This document shows, piece after piece, positions 40,892-52,080 of a stretch of 64,000 nucleotides of DNA. Origin of the DNA: Octopus vulgaris. Lineage: Eukaryota. The notes under the pieces were generated by a model. It did not search any database. It was not told where the DNA came from and worked only from the letters and a program-made list of their open reading frames with translations. The stretch lies in NCBI GenBank assembly GCA_951406725.2, contig OX597828.1:43090001-43154000 (forward strand), in the 5' to 3' direction. The stretch's first letter is position 1; the number at the start of each line of letters is the position of its first letter. Position numbers and translations under genes: made by a program.

Positions 40892-43780
40892 TCATGTAAA
40901 GAGTTCAGGCCACTTGAGGTCCAGGGAGGCTTTGAACAAAGCGGTCGTCGGCATCTTCACCATCTCGTCTGGCAGCTTGTTCCACGGATCCGCAACCCGG
41001 ACGGAGAAAGCTCCTCTCCTTCGATTGAGATGAAATCGTCGCAGGTAGAGCTTTTCGGAATGACCCCGCAGCCGACGCTCCGGAGCAGGAGTGAAGAACA
41101 GCTCTTTCGAGAGGTTACACTTCCCGCTTATGATGTTGTGGGCGAGAATGAGATCACCACGGCGGCGGCGTTTTTCAAGAGAATAAAGGTCGAGCGTCCT
41201 CAGCCTATCTTCGTAGGACAAATTTTTGAGACCATGAACCAGGCGGGTAGCCAGCCTCTGGACTCTTTCGAGGTGCTGTATGTCTTTGAGGAGATAAGGA
41301 GAAGAGGCTTGAATCCCATACTCCAATATGGGTCTCACCAGCGTGACATAGAGTGGCAGGAATATGGCTGCTGTGAGCATTCCGAATGACCGTCGAATCA
41401 AAAACAGAATTCCGCGCGCTTTGTTGGCAGCATGGACGCACTGGGCCGAAGGCGAAAAGGAGGAATCCACCAAGATACCCAGGTCCTTTACCTGATCGGT
41501 CCTCTCCAGCAGCAGACGACCCGGCTCGAAATCAAGTTGAGTTGCAGGAGTAGAGCCGACAGGCAGATGACAGCACTTTGACACGTTCAGACACAGGTCC
41601 CAATCGTTAGACCACTTCCAAATTTGGTGGAGGCATCGACGAAGATCCTCTATACTACCGCGAGGAGCGACCAGTTTGATATCGTCGGCAAATAGAAGGG
41701 TGTGTTGCGTGAGGTCGTCGGGCAAGTCATTTATGAAGACTAAGAACAACAAGGGCCCAAGCACTGAACCTTGAGGCACGCCACTGCTCGCACTGGAGAC
41801 GTCGGACCGCGAACCATTAACTTGAACTTGGAAGGAGCGATCTGAGAGGAAGGCACCAACCCATCGTACAATATCCGGATGGAAACTATATGCTTGAAGC
41901 TTGACAAGTAGTAGGCGGTGGTTAACCGAGTCAAAAGCTTTGGCAAAGTCCAATAAAACGATGTCAACAGCATCACTATCATCGAGGATGCGCGTCACCA
42001 ATTCTTCCATTACTAGTAAGTTGGTCAAGCATGATCTCTTCGGCACGAAGCCGTGTTGGGAATCAGTGATCGAGGCTGTGCTTAGGAGGTGGAGCATCAT
42101 ACTTTTCTTAAGGATGGTTTCGAACATCTTGCTGATTATTGATGTAAGGGAAACCGGTCGGTAGTTAAGCGGGTCTTCGCGGCTCCCTTTCTTGAAAATT
42201 GGGCAGATTATCGCTGTTCTCCAGTCTGCAGGTATAACACCCGTCGCCAATGACATATTGAATAGTCGTGTTAAGGGCTCGCAGATGACCGGAGCCAACG
42301 CTTTGATAACCCGTGGGTGTATGCCGTCAGGGCCGTGACCCTTGTTGACATCGAGGCCTTGAATAACACGTTTGACTTGGTCCCGCGTGATGATCAATCG
42401 AAGCATTGGAGGTACCGATCTATCAAATGGAGGGGGTTCACGACCATCATCTTGTTTGAAAATAGTAGAAAAAGCCTCGGCAAATAGTTGACTCTGTTGA
42501 TAAGGGTCCTCAATCGATACGCCTGTTGAGTCTACCAACGTTGCAATCTGGTTGTTCAAGCGGGAATTCCGCTGGACATGGGCAAAGAAGATTTTTGGAT
42601 TGCTACTGGCATTTGCCGCGATTTTGTATTCGTAACTGAAGCGTTCTTTCTTTTCAATTTTCACGGCTCGGTCTCGTTGAGTTTTGTACACCTCAAAAGC
42701 TGCAGTCGAATCCAGATTTTTGAATTCAGCCCAAGCAATATCTCTGAGTCGACGTTCTCGTTTAACCTTCTTCGTCACCCAGGGCTTGTGTTTCTTCCTC
42801 TTGGGAAGTCCAACGGGAACTGCCTGGTCAGTCAAACAGATTACATATGCTTTGAGGGATGACCATAGTTCGTCAACTGAGGACAACGTCATCAGGGAAC
42901 GCCAGTCCAGAAGCGCGGAAGCCTCGGTTAGAATTTCAAGATTAATTGCGGAGAAGACTCTACGTGGCAGCGAAGTAATCGTGGGCGTGGAAAAAGTTGT
43001 GTGCATGACGAACTTCAGGACCGCATGATCACTCTTGGCAAGAGGGGCGCACACAGATACGTCTGACACTGATCTTGGATAGCGGGAGAATACCAGATCT
43101 AGCATAGATGGCTGCTGCCCAGACCGATGCCTTGTCGGATATTCAACATGTTGCGATAGAAAACAATCTTCAGCCACGTCAAGAAGGGCCTGGCCGAACC
43201 GGGAAGATGTTGTACAAATTGATGCGGGCCAATCGATCGTGGGAGCGTTGAAGTCGCCTAGTACCAAGCAGTCATGCGAAGCTGAAACGAATCTTATCGC
43301 CTCGAGTAGATGAGCATCGTCCTGGGGGTCGGCTAGAGGCAGCCTGTAGACAGCCAACACGGGCAGGCAAAACTCAGATAGGCTCAGCTTGCAATAGACG
43401 GCATCGAATTTGGTTGTAGGTTGAGCATTTTTGGGTAGAATACCGCAGGACGGTTTGTGCTCAGACTTAACATACACAGCAACACCTCCACCTCGCCTTT
43501 TTCCTCTGTCACATCTGAAAAGGACGTAGCCCTGCAGGTAGATCTCTGAGTCCTTTACTGCTGGAGTCAGCCAAGTCTCGGTGATAGCTATCACATCAGG
43601 GGAGTCGCGTAGGGCCAGTGTAAATAGTTCACTGAACTTTGGGAATAAGGAGCACGAGTTGGTGTAGACGATGCTGAGCTGAGAAGTCTGAGGGGCGGGA
43701 GTTGGGGAACAAGCAGAATAAAGGGCATCAGAGATAGCATCGTTGACGGGGGTATCAACTTCACTTCGATTTGCCCTCAC
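40892..43780 (-). CDS. LINE ORF2: APE endonuclease plus reverse transcriptase (962 aa from a GTG)
   Basis: APE motifs YTN..SL, DVIAITETWL, DR...GGGV, GDFN, LDL, SDH. RT motifs GPDGI, NYRPVSLTS, QHGF, DFAKAFD, GVPQGSVLGP, FADD, DLG. CR1-type C-terminus LEKRRRRGDLI...RGHSEKL...FSVRV..WNKLP. Confidence 0.95.
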   Translation of the reverse strand: MRANRSEVDTPVNDAISDALYSACSPTPAPQTSQLSIVYTNSCSLFPKFSELFTLALRDSPDVIAITETWLTPAVKDSEIYLQGYVLFRCDRGKRRGGGVAVYVKSEHKPSCGILPKNAQPTTKFDAVYCKLSLSEFCLPVLAVYRLPLADPQDDAHLLEAIRFVSASHDCLVLGDFNAPTIDWPASICTTSSRFGQALLDVAEDCFLSQHVEYPTRHRSGQQPSMLDLVFSRYPRSVSDVSVCAPLAKSDHAVLKFVMHTTFSTPTITSLPRRVFSAINLEILTEASALLDWRSLMTLSSVDELWSSLKAYVICLTDQAVPVGLPKRKKHKPWVTKKVKRERRLRDIAWAEFKNLDSTAAFEVYKTQRDRAVKIEKKERFSYEYKIAANASSNPKIFFAHVQRNSRLNNQIATLVDSTGVSIEDPYQQSQLFAEAFSTIFKQDDGREPPPFDRSVPPMLRLIITRDQVKRVIQGLDVNKGHGPDGIHPRVIKALAPVICEPLTRLFNMSLATGVIPADWRTAIICPIFKKGSREDPLNYRPVSLTSIISKMFETILKKSMMLHLLSTASITDSQHGFVPKRSCLTNLLVMEELVTRILDDSDAVDIVLLDFAKAFDSVNHRLLLVKLQAYSFHPDIVRWVGAFLSDRSFQVQVNGSRSDVSSASSGVPQGSVLGPLLFLVFINDLPDDLTQHTLLFADDIKLVAPRGSIEDLRRCLHQIWKWSNDWDLCLNVSKCCHLPVGSTPATQLDFEPGRLLLERTDQVKDLGILVDSSFSPSAQCVHAANKARGILFLIRRSFGMLTAAIFLPLYVTLVRPILEYGIQASSPYLLKDIQHLERVQRLATRLVHGLKNLSYEDRLRTLDLYSLEKRRRRGDLILAHNIISGKCNLSKELFFTPAPERRLRGHSEKLYLRRFHLNRRRGAFSVRVADPWNKLPDEMVKMPTTALFKASLDLKWPELFT

Positions 43781-44997
43781 ATCACTTTCCCTGTCAGCAC
43801 TACAGCATGGGACCAGAGGTAGGACTTGATTATCTGTCCATCTTGGATTCGTAAACCCTTCTCTCCCATTTGTTTCCTCATCTTTAGCTCGGATATCAGG
43901 TTCCTCCGGCGAATTCTCTCTCTTAGTGAGTATTCCTCGCGAAAACCCATATTGGGGTCCTCCCAGGCATGCGTCTGAGCTCTGTTCAGAAAGACTGAAG
44001 CCTCCCGATCAGAAGAAAAGATTACCCTTATTGGGCGTGGTCTAGTATCTGCGGTTGGGTTCGCTTGGAATCTTCCTAGCCGAGCGACCTTAAGAACACT
44101 GACATTTTCGTTCACAGAGAACAAGTTTCCAACCAAAATGGAAACAAAATTAATGTCATCTTTTAGGCGGTTTATGCCTGTATCACAGGTGGATTCAGCT
44201 TTGCCATATATTATTGCCGATCTTGAGTGGGCAAAAAGTTCTCTACTATGAGCTGCGGTATTCGATTCTTCCTTGGAGGATTTCGAAAGGGTGGTTTCAT
44301 AGCCATCGGACTTATGTCGGCCTGTGGGGTCGATCGGAATGGATTTAGTGGTCATAATTTTCCCGCCTGGTTTGGAACTGCACTGCCTCTTCTTCGGTTT
44401 GGGGGAGCACCACTCCCCAGATGAACCCACATCGAGATCGTTCAGAATTGGTTGAGCAATGGCATTAATGGGAAGGACAAGTGAAGGAGAATCCAAACAG
44501 ATTTTATCGTGATCAGGTTTCATAGCCAAATCTGCCCCTCTGGAGTTTTGACTACGTTTCTTCTTTTGGGGAGAACAACGGTCTTCAGGTGGGTTTGAGT
44601 CTACGCTCCTCGAACTAGGTTGGGGAACCTCCGGGACCGAAAAGGCAGATGAGGAAGAATCCGCACAGGAACGATCATGTGCAGGAACGACCGCCGGTTC
44701 CTTCGCCTTCTTTGGCCGCTTCGATTTTGTTCCCTTCGGTTTGGACGTCTCCAGGGAAGAAATCAAGGGTGACTCTGCGTCAACAGGAGACCGTTTATCG
44801 TGGTCAGGTTTCATAGCTAAATCCGCCCCACTGGAGTTTTGACGACGTTTCTTCTTTTGGGGAGAACAACGGTCTTCAGGTGGGTTTGAGTCTACGCTCC
44901 TCAAATTAGGTTGGGGAACCTCCGGGACCGAAAAGGCAGATGAGGAAGAATCCGCACGGGAACGATCATGTGCAGAAACTATACCAGCAGTGATCAA
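43777..44997 (-). CDS. LINE ORF1 (RNA-binding type), true start uncertain
   Basis: C-terminal SAIIYGKAES...D...V.RLG...RPIRVIF...LRERIRRR.L..ELK.R...GEKGLRI fits CR1 ORF1. The N-terminal part is a low-complexity duplicated segment. Confidence 0.8.
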   Translation of the reverse strand: MITAGIVSAHDRSRADSSSSAFSVPEVPQPNLRSVDSNPPEDRCSPQKKKRRQNSSGADLAMKPDHDKRSPVDAESPLISSLETSKPKGTKSKRPKKAKEPAVVPAHDRSCADSSSSAFSVPEVPQPSSRSVDSNPPEDRCSPQKKKRSQNSRGADLAMKPDHDKICLDSPSLVLPINAIAQPILNDLDVGSSGEWCSPKPKKRQCSSKPGGKIMTTKSIPIDPTGRHKSDGYETTLSKSSKEESNTAAHSRELFAHSRSAIIYGKAESTCDTGINRLKDDINFVSILVGNLFSVNENVSVLKVARLGRFQANPTADTRPRPIRVIFSSDREASVFLNRAQTHAWEDPNMGFREEYSLRERIRRRNLISELKMRKQMGEKGLRIQDGQIIKSYLWSHAVVLTGKVM

Positions 44998-45054
44998 TAA
45001 ATCTTTGCCTGTGCTTTTTATAATCGTCGATGATGTGATCGGTTATCGAGTTAA

Positions 45055-45270
45055 TTATTGATTTCAAATTTTGGCACAAGGAGAGGGAGGTTAAGTAGAT
45101 TGCTTCGAACCCCTCACTCCTACTCACTCCCCATTGCTCAACTGTTATTTATCTTATCGACTTCCGAAACGATGAAAGGTAAAGTCGACCTCGGTGGAAT
45201 TTGAAGACGGACGAAATGCCGCTAAGGATTTTGCTCGGCACACCGTCAATTCTGCTAGCACACTTGCCTT
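45055..45270 (-). mobile_element. SINE family C, diverged
   Basis: TTTCAAATTTTGGCACAAGG...AAAGTCGACCTCGGTGGAATTTGAA. Confidence 0.7.
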
Positions 45271-45323
45271 AATCTATTCAATAATTGATTTCTGATCATT
45301 GAAAAGTACTTAAAGAAATGTGA

Positions 45324-45530
45324 GGGCGCGTGGCCTCGTGGTTTGAGTGTTGTATCCACGATCACGAAATCGCTATTTCGATTCCCGGACAGGGTGGTGC
45401 ATTGGGTTTCTTGAGCGAAACACGTAATTTCACGTTGCAGCAGTCCACTCAGCTATAAACGAATAACCCATCAACGGACTGGTGTCCCGTTTAAGATGAA
45501 AGTCCTGTTCTCAGTCACTTATGCGCCATA
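45324..45530 (+). mobile_element. Diverged tRNA-head SINE
   Basis: GGGCGCGTGGCCTCGTGGTTTGAG...TTTCGATTCCCGGAC...TTGAGCGAAACAC...CAGTCCACTCAGCT. Confidence 0.6.
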
Positions 45531-45648
45531 AGTCTGTGCACCTGACCAGCGGGGCGACATCTTTACAAAGTTTCAATATTGCGACCATCTTTGCGTAACA
45601 AATTTCGATTGTCTCGCCGATTAACCTAATGAAATATTTGAAACTTCA

Positions 45649-45813
45649 GCAGTGGCCGTGTGGTATGAAGCTTGCTTCCCAACCACATGGTTCTGGGTTC
45701 AGTCCCACTGCGTGGCACCTTGGGTAACTGTCTTCTACTGTAGCCTCGGGCCGACTAAAGCTTCGTGAGTGGATTTGGTAGATAGACGAATACTGGAAGA
45801 AGCCCATCGTATG

Positions 45814-45869
<56 letters not shown>

Positions 45870-46093
45870 TATATATATCTATGTATGTGTATGTGTGTGT
45901 GTCTTTGTGTCTGTGTTTGTCCCACCATCACTGCGTGACAACTTAACGCTTCAGCCAAAAGTATTGATAGAATAAGTACCAGGCTTAAAAAAAATATAAG
46001 TCCAAGGGTCCATTTGTTCGATTAGAATCCCCCAAGGCAGTGCTCCAGTATGGCCGCAGTCAAATGGCTGAAACAAGTAAAAGAATAAAAGAA
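45649..46093 (+). mobile_element. SINE family B
   Basis: Family consensus. Confidence 0.8.
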
Positions 46094-46187
46094 TAATTTG
46101 TTTTCTGATCCTCCTTTTAAACCACTGGTGACTTGTTCTGTTATAGTCCAAATCCATATTGAAGCTTCATCGATGGCTTTATACACA

Positions 46188-46410
46188 CTCTTTTACTCTT
46201 TAATTTGCTTTAGTCATTTGACTGCGGCCATGCTGGAGCACCGCCTTTAGTCTAACAAATCGATCCTAGTACTTATTCCATCGGTCCTTTTGCCGAACCG
46301 CTAGGTCACGTGGACATAAACACAACATCGGTTGTCAACCGACAGTGGGGGAACAAACACATACACACACACGCACACACACACACACGCACATACACAC
46401 ACACACACAT

Positions 46411-46442
<32 letters not shown>

Positions 46443-46630
46443 GTATATATATATATACGATGGGCTTCTTTCAGTTTCCGTCTACCAAATCCACTCAAAT
46501 CCCCTCACAATGATTTGGTCGGCCCGAGGCTATAATAGAAAACACTTGCCCAAGGTGCCACGTAGTAGGACTGAACCCGGAACCATGTGGTTGATAAGCA
46601 AGTTACTTACCACACAGCCACTCCTAGGCC
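46188..46630 (-). mobile_element. SINE family B, inverted relative to 45649-46093
   Basis: Family consensus. Confidence 0.8.
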
Positions 46631-47503
46631 TACAAAACACGCTGGATTTTAAAAGCTGGAGATAACCGGGTGCCTAATTTCTATGTTAATCTGTCGCACA
46701 TTCAGCGCATCAATATGCATACAAACATACGAACAGGTATGTTCTCCCGTCGAGTCGAAGATGACCCTGTAGTCATCTTGGAGATGACTGATCATCTGTG
46801 CGGTGACTTCGTTTAAGATGAGCCGGAGTTTCATGCCGTCAACCTCAATTTGTTTTCAGTAACCATCTTCAATTCAGTGGCAAGACCAGATCAAGTCTAT
46901 CGGGAATAGAGATGGATGCTAGGGACGACCAAGATGTCTCGCTTGCCTCATCTTGGTCTCTGCAATTCTCTGCCTTCCTTTCTGTTAAACCATAGTTTCT
47001 TCTGCCGAGTCCACCAGTCTTCACATACATAGGTAGATAAGCTCCAACTAACCAAGATTTACACACCCATTGACTACCGCCCCCTAATTTTGCCCGCTAG
47101 TCGAAGTGGTTTACCGGGTGTAGCTGTTGTTGTATACAAACAGATCCGTGCATTCCTTAAGTTTGTCTCAAACCTACAAACTCATTTGTCCGTTGACTAA
47201 TCTGGTTTCTAGGGCGTGTAAGTGATAGGGAATACGGGACCAACATTCCAGAACGGAACATCATTCGTCGCAGGAATAATTTCTTGTCATGATTTGGCTG
47301 AAGGAAATATGAAGTGAAATGAAGTTCCTCGCTGAAGGACCCATCGGGCTGTTAGACCAGCAATTGAACACATGACCTTATGATCACTAGGTCAGCCACA
47401 GTAAACAACTGCATAAATCCACCTACATAATAAAATATATATAATGTGTGTGTGAGTATTTGTATGTGCATATGTGCGTATATATATATATATATATATA
47501 TAT

Positions 47504-47868
47504 ACTCTTTTACTTGTTTCAGTCATTTGACTGTAGCCATGCTGGAGCACCGCCTTTAGTCGAGCAAATCGACCCCAGAACTTATTTTTTGTAAGCCTAG
47601 TACTTATTCTATCGTTCTCTTTTACCGAACCGCTAAGTTACGGGTACATAAACACACTAGCATCGGTTGTCAAGCGATGTTGGGGGACAAACACAGACAC
47701 AAAAACATGTATACACACACACATGAATATACGACGGGCTTCTTTCAGTTTCCGTCTACCAAATCCACTATAGTAGAAGACGCTTGCGCAAGGTGTCACG
47801 CAGTGGGACTGAACTCGAAACCATGTGGTTCGTAAGCATGCTACTTACCACACAGCCACTCCTTCGCC
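47504..47868 (-). mobile_element. SINE family B
   Basis: Family consensus with an internal deletion. Confidence 0.8.
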
Positions 47869-47870
47869 TA

Positions 47871-47920
<50 letters not shown>

Positions 47921-48249
47921 TATATATATATATATATATACATACACATATATAGCGCACGAGAGAGAGAGAGAGAGGTGGAGTGAGAGAAAGAAAAAGA
48001 GAAGGTGAAAGAGTGATGTACAATCATATATATCCAGTTAGTGTCTTTAACGATTGCTTTTATATATTTCCATGAAACATGGTTAAAACGCGCGCGCGCA
48101 CACACAAACGCACATACACATAGCATAAAATGTCTGCGAATATATGTATCAAAGAATACTTAGACGGTTTTATATATTATACAAAATTGAATAACATGAT
48201 GTTTTATTAAATAGAATTTATAGGATTATATTAATTACTGTCAAAGTAT

Positions 48250-48770
48250 AAAAGCTGTCACACCTATACATTTATAAACACATTCACGTTGAAAGAAACA
48301 GAAGAGTAGACACCCGCACATAAAACTTGTGAAAGCCTTCTTTCATAATAACAAAGACAGCACTAAGTACAGCTTTCAAATCTAAGCAATGTTCACAACA
48401 ACATAAAGACTTAACACAGATTAAAATATGACGCTCGAAAAGCGATAAAAAAATAATCATTAAAATTTGGAAAAACTACAAGAAAATTCTACGAAAGTCT
48501 GCAGGAGGTTATAAATGCAATAAAGCCTTCCAAAATCGTATTCGTATTTGAAAAGAAATCGGACGAGGTGAATAAGAACATGTATTATACACGACAATAT
48601 GACAAAAAATAAAACTTACGAAGAATCTTACAATGACATTAGCCTAGAAGCAAAACAAGTAATAAAACTCCGTATAAACCAAAAGGTCAATTGCATTACC
48701 ATAAAAATACATACTTCACTATTAAAGACCATAAACAAAACAACAGACCAAAATGTAAGTTAAGAACGTG
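48250..48770 (+). pseudogene. Decayed Penelope-like element ORF (N-terminus to start of RT)
   Basis: Fragments KAFFHNN, YSF/KS, KSD...NMY and YFTIKDHKQNNRPKCKL recall the Penelope motifs RWKAFF, YGFKS, ADKT.N.Y and ITLKDHK..F...P.CRL, in order, with frameshifts. Confidence 0.6.
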
Positions 48771-49159
48771 GCCGTTTAGAAAATGATAACATCTCAAATA
48801 TTATTGTCCTCCCCAAAACTCATCTGATCTTGTTTTTAGCTACGACAAACCAACAAGCGCTAGATATAAAAATACATAAAGAAAAGCAAGCGGTTGCAAA
48901 GAAGTATGAGGTGGGGGTGAAATTATAAGTCTCTTTCCATCGAGCGAACTAAAATAGGCAACAGCGTTCGTCAGGCCGCAGCCCGTTTTTTCTAAAACTG
49001 ATGATGTAAAACTCGGTTATCCCCCGTTAGTTTTTTTTCTTCATGTAAACTTTTCCCCTTTATGACTAAGATTATCTTTACTTTTACGGAACTTTTGAGG
49101 CATCTTGGGATATACCGAAACTCCAGACATAAAGAGGTTGTCAACTCCTTGGTCTTTGG

Positions 49160-49352
49160 CTCAAAGCTAGAAATTTCAGAGAGGAGGTGAGTCGGTTACA
49201 TCAACTCCAGTGTTCAACTGGTACTTGTGTTATTGAGCCAAGAAAAGGGATGAAAAGAAATGTTGACCTCGGCAGAATTTGAACTCAGAACGTGAAAACG
49301 GACGAAATGCTGCTAAATATTTTATCCGGTGTGCTAACGATTCTGCCATCTC
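49160..49352 (-). mobile_element. SINE family C, diverged
   Basis: GACCTCGGCAGAATTTGAACTCAGAACG...GTGCTAACGATTCTGCCA. Confidence 0.7.
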
Positions 49353-50119
49353 GGGATTTTACCAATAGAACCGCAACTCCTATTTCAGGATAACTTTATT
49401 GTATGGAATACACATAGAAAGTTATATCCAATAAAATAATATAAGCATTTAAAAAAACCTACTATAAAATACAATAAAATTATTTTTAAAAACTTATTTG
49501 AAAAAATATTTGAAAAATATATTACTTACCTGTTATTAGATTGTGGAGAAAGAAGATATTTTTAATCAACGCTACACGTGTTTCTGCGCTGGTGGGATGT
49601 TTATCAAGGTTATTCCTAATACATAAATCTGTCAGTGCGTACTCAGGCTATTTATCTTATTGTTATTATTATTGACAGATCAAATGAAAAATACATATTA
49701 TAAGTCATTTTAAATAGAAAAATAAGAATATTAATAAAAATATTTTAAAATATATAAATTACAAATATAATTTTAGAAATTAATAAATTAAGAAAATTCA
49801 AAAAAATTTTTAAATAAGGAAATAAAAAATGATAAAAATTAAACACCTAAAATTAAATGACCGATGCATATAGAAAATGATAAAGATAAGGATACCCTCA
49901 ACTATATTATAAACACATCAAATCCTACAACCTATCTATATAATCATTAAGGGAATTAATAATTTAGTGTAAGATTTACCCCTATCTATACAAGTATAAA
50001 TTAATAAATTAATAACGTAAGTTAATAGTATTTTAAAAGATTATTTAGTAAAAACCACTATATACGTTATAAATTTTTTGAATAAAACTAATAAAATTCT
50101 AGTAAAAGATTATATATAT

Positions 50120-50320
50120 TTGCCTTCGAAACGCGGAGCAGATGAAACAGGGGCAACTGATGAAGGGGAATATTCTTTATGCTACATGACTCATTTCTCT
50201 GTTTGTTTTTCCGTTGTTCGATAAAAAGTTCGTTTTGTTATGTCTTTGCTTTTATGTTTTCGTTTCTCATTGTGTTCAACGTATTTTTGATGTCCTGTAC
50301 CATATATGCATGTATATATA
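50120..50320 (+). mobile_element. Penelope-type pLTR-like fragment related to the 838-bp tandem unit
   Basis: CCTTCGAAACG...AGATGAAAC...ACTGATGAAGGGG and TGTGTTCAACGT...TGTCCTGTACCATATATGCATG match 52081-52230 and 52888-52935. Confidence 0.55.
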
Positions 50321-50480
50321 CACATATATGTTGATATGTACATATATGTATGTATATATACATATATATGTAGATATGTACATATGTGTATGTATATATA
50401 CATATATATGTAGCTATGTATATATATGTATGTATAGATGCATTTATTTATACATTATTTATATTATATTAGACATATAC

Positions 50481-50543
<63 letters not shown>

Positions 50544-50560
50544 TATATGTATGTATGTAA

Positions 50561-50600
<40 letters not shown>

Positions 50601-50607
<7 letters not shown>

Positions 50608-50913
50608 AAAAGGGACAGGCAACAGGTTGCTTGACCGCATACCGAAAAAATAGAAATAGCAGTCAAGAATGCTTATTTCTATCAAAGTTGGACTCCGGGC
50701 ACGACAAACCCTGTAATTCACATATGCAAAACAGAAGGAATAGATAACCACCAGACTTCGTTTTCGTTATCTATTCCTTCTGTTTTGCATATGTGAATTA
50801 CAGGGTTTGTCGTGCCCGAGTCCAACTTTGATAGAAATAAGCATTCTTGACTGCTATTTCTATTTTTTCGGTATGCAGTCAAGCAACCTGTTGCCTGTCC
50901 CTTTTTCTTATAT
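50601..50913. repeat. Near-perfect ~148-bp-arm fold-back element in (TA)n
   Basis: Arms 50601-50748 and 50766-50913, 17-nt loop, only a few differences. Confidence 0.9.
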
Positions 50914-51902
50914 ACAATATATATACTGAACTTTACAGAAGTTCCTGCCGGTAATCGGCTATATTTACATACCGAATTCTACCAGTAAATAATTGGGTTT
51001 TTTTTAAAGGCCTTTATAGAAAATTATTTACTCTTATTATTATATATATATATATATATATACATACATACATACATATATATATGTATATATATATGTA
51101 TGTATATATGTATGTATCTTGAAGGCTTCCAATTTGCACTCAAAATATTTTTAACATGTCACTACACTTGAAGTCAAGTGCCTGTAGAGCGATGGTCTCA
51201 CATTAGTATCGAACTCAGATGCTGGCATTTGCGAAGCGAACTGCCATACCTTTGTCTCTGGATATGCAGGTTTGTGTGTCTCTATGCAGTTACTATTAGT
51301 GTACACATGTATATATACGCAGACACATATATACGTATATGTGTATAAGATTATGTGAAACACCGCAAGTGTTTGAACACATACAATGTGTATAAATATA
51401 TGTGATTGTGCGTTTCACATTAAAGCTATTAGCGAGTAGTATTAATGTCACGAAGCTATATTATTGTATAATCCAATAAAATACTTCGCGCAGATATAAA
51501 ATTGCATCACGTAACTACAATGGAGTCAACAATGGCTGTGTGTTAAAACTATCGGTGGATATCACGGTTGGTAGAGGGGAAATTCAATGGAAAAGTTTTC
51601 TAAAGAAAAAACAAAAAGAAAGCAAAACAAAAAAGAGAGAAAACAAATGGATTCGATTGTGTTAATTCGGTCCTGTTTGTTTGTATTGGGTACGTTACGA
51701 GGAAGCAATAAGAAGAAAAAAAAAAGCACAAAATAAAAGAAATGAAGAAAGAAAGGGATTGGTAGACGAATAGATAGACAACTAGGTAAGGAGGGAGAAA
51801 AAGAGAGAGAGAGAGAATGAGGACACGAAGAGTGCAAGCATGCATCGACTCACACTCATATATATATATATATAATATATATATACATACAAACACACAT
51901 AC

Positions 51903-51975
<73 letters not shown>

Positions 51976-52014
51976 ATATATATATACATATACATTGTAT
52001 ATGTATATACATTC

Positions 52015-52048
<34 letters not shown>

Positions 52049-52080
52049 TGTATATACATTCTATATATATATATATATAT

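Larger units (their letters stand above)
40800..44997 (-). mobile_element. CR1-clade LINE, coding-intact, probably 5'-truncated within ORF1
   Basis: Two ORFs, short 3' UTR, (TAAC)n tail (TTAG repeats at 40800-40827), GC-richer than the flanks. Confidence 0.9.

Noticed and set aside
40868-43028. Plus-strand ORFs inside the LINE
   Set aside because: Antisense shadows of ORF2 in GC-richer sequence, with no recognisable motifs.
40770-45020. Target-site duplication for the CR1
   Set aside because: No convincing direct repeat at the two ends, so the 5' boundary is uncertain.
46649-47066. Short non-repetitive minus-strand ORFs
   Set aside because: No recognisable domain or splice support.
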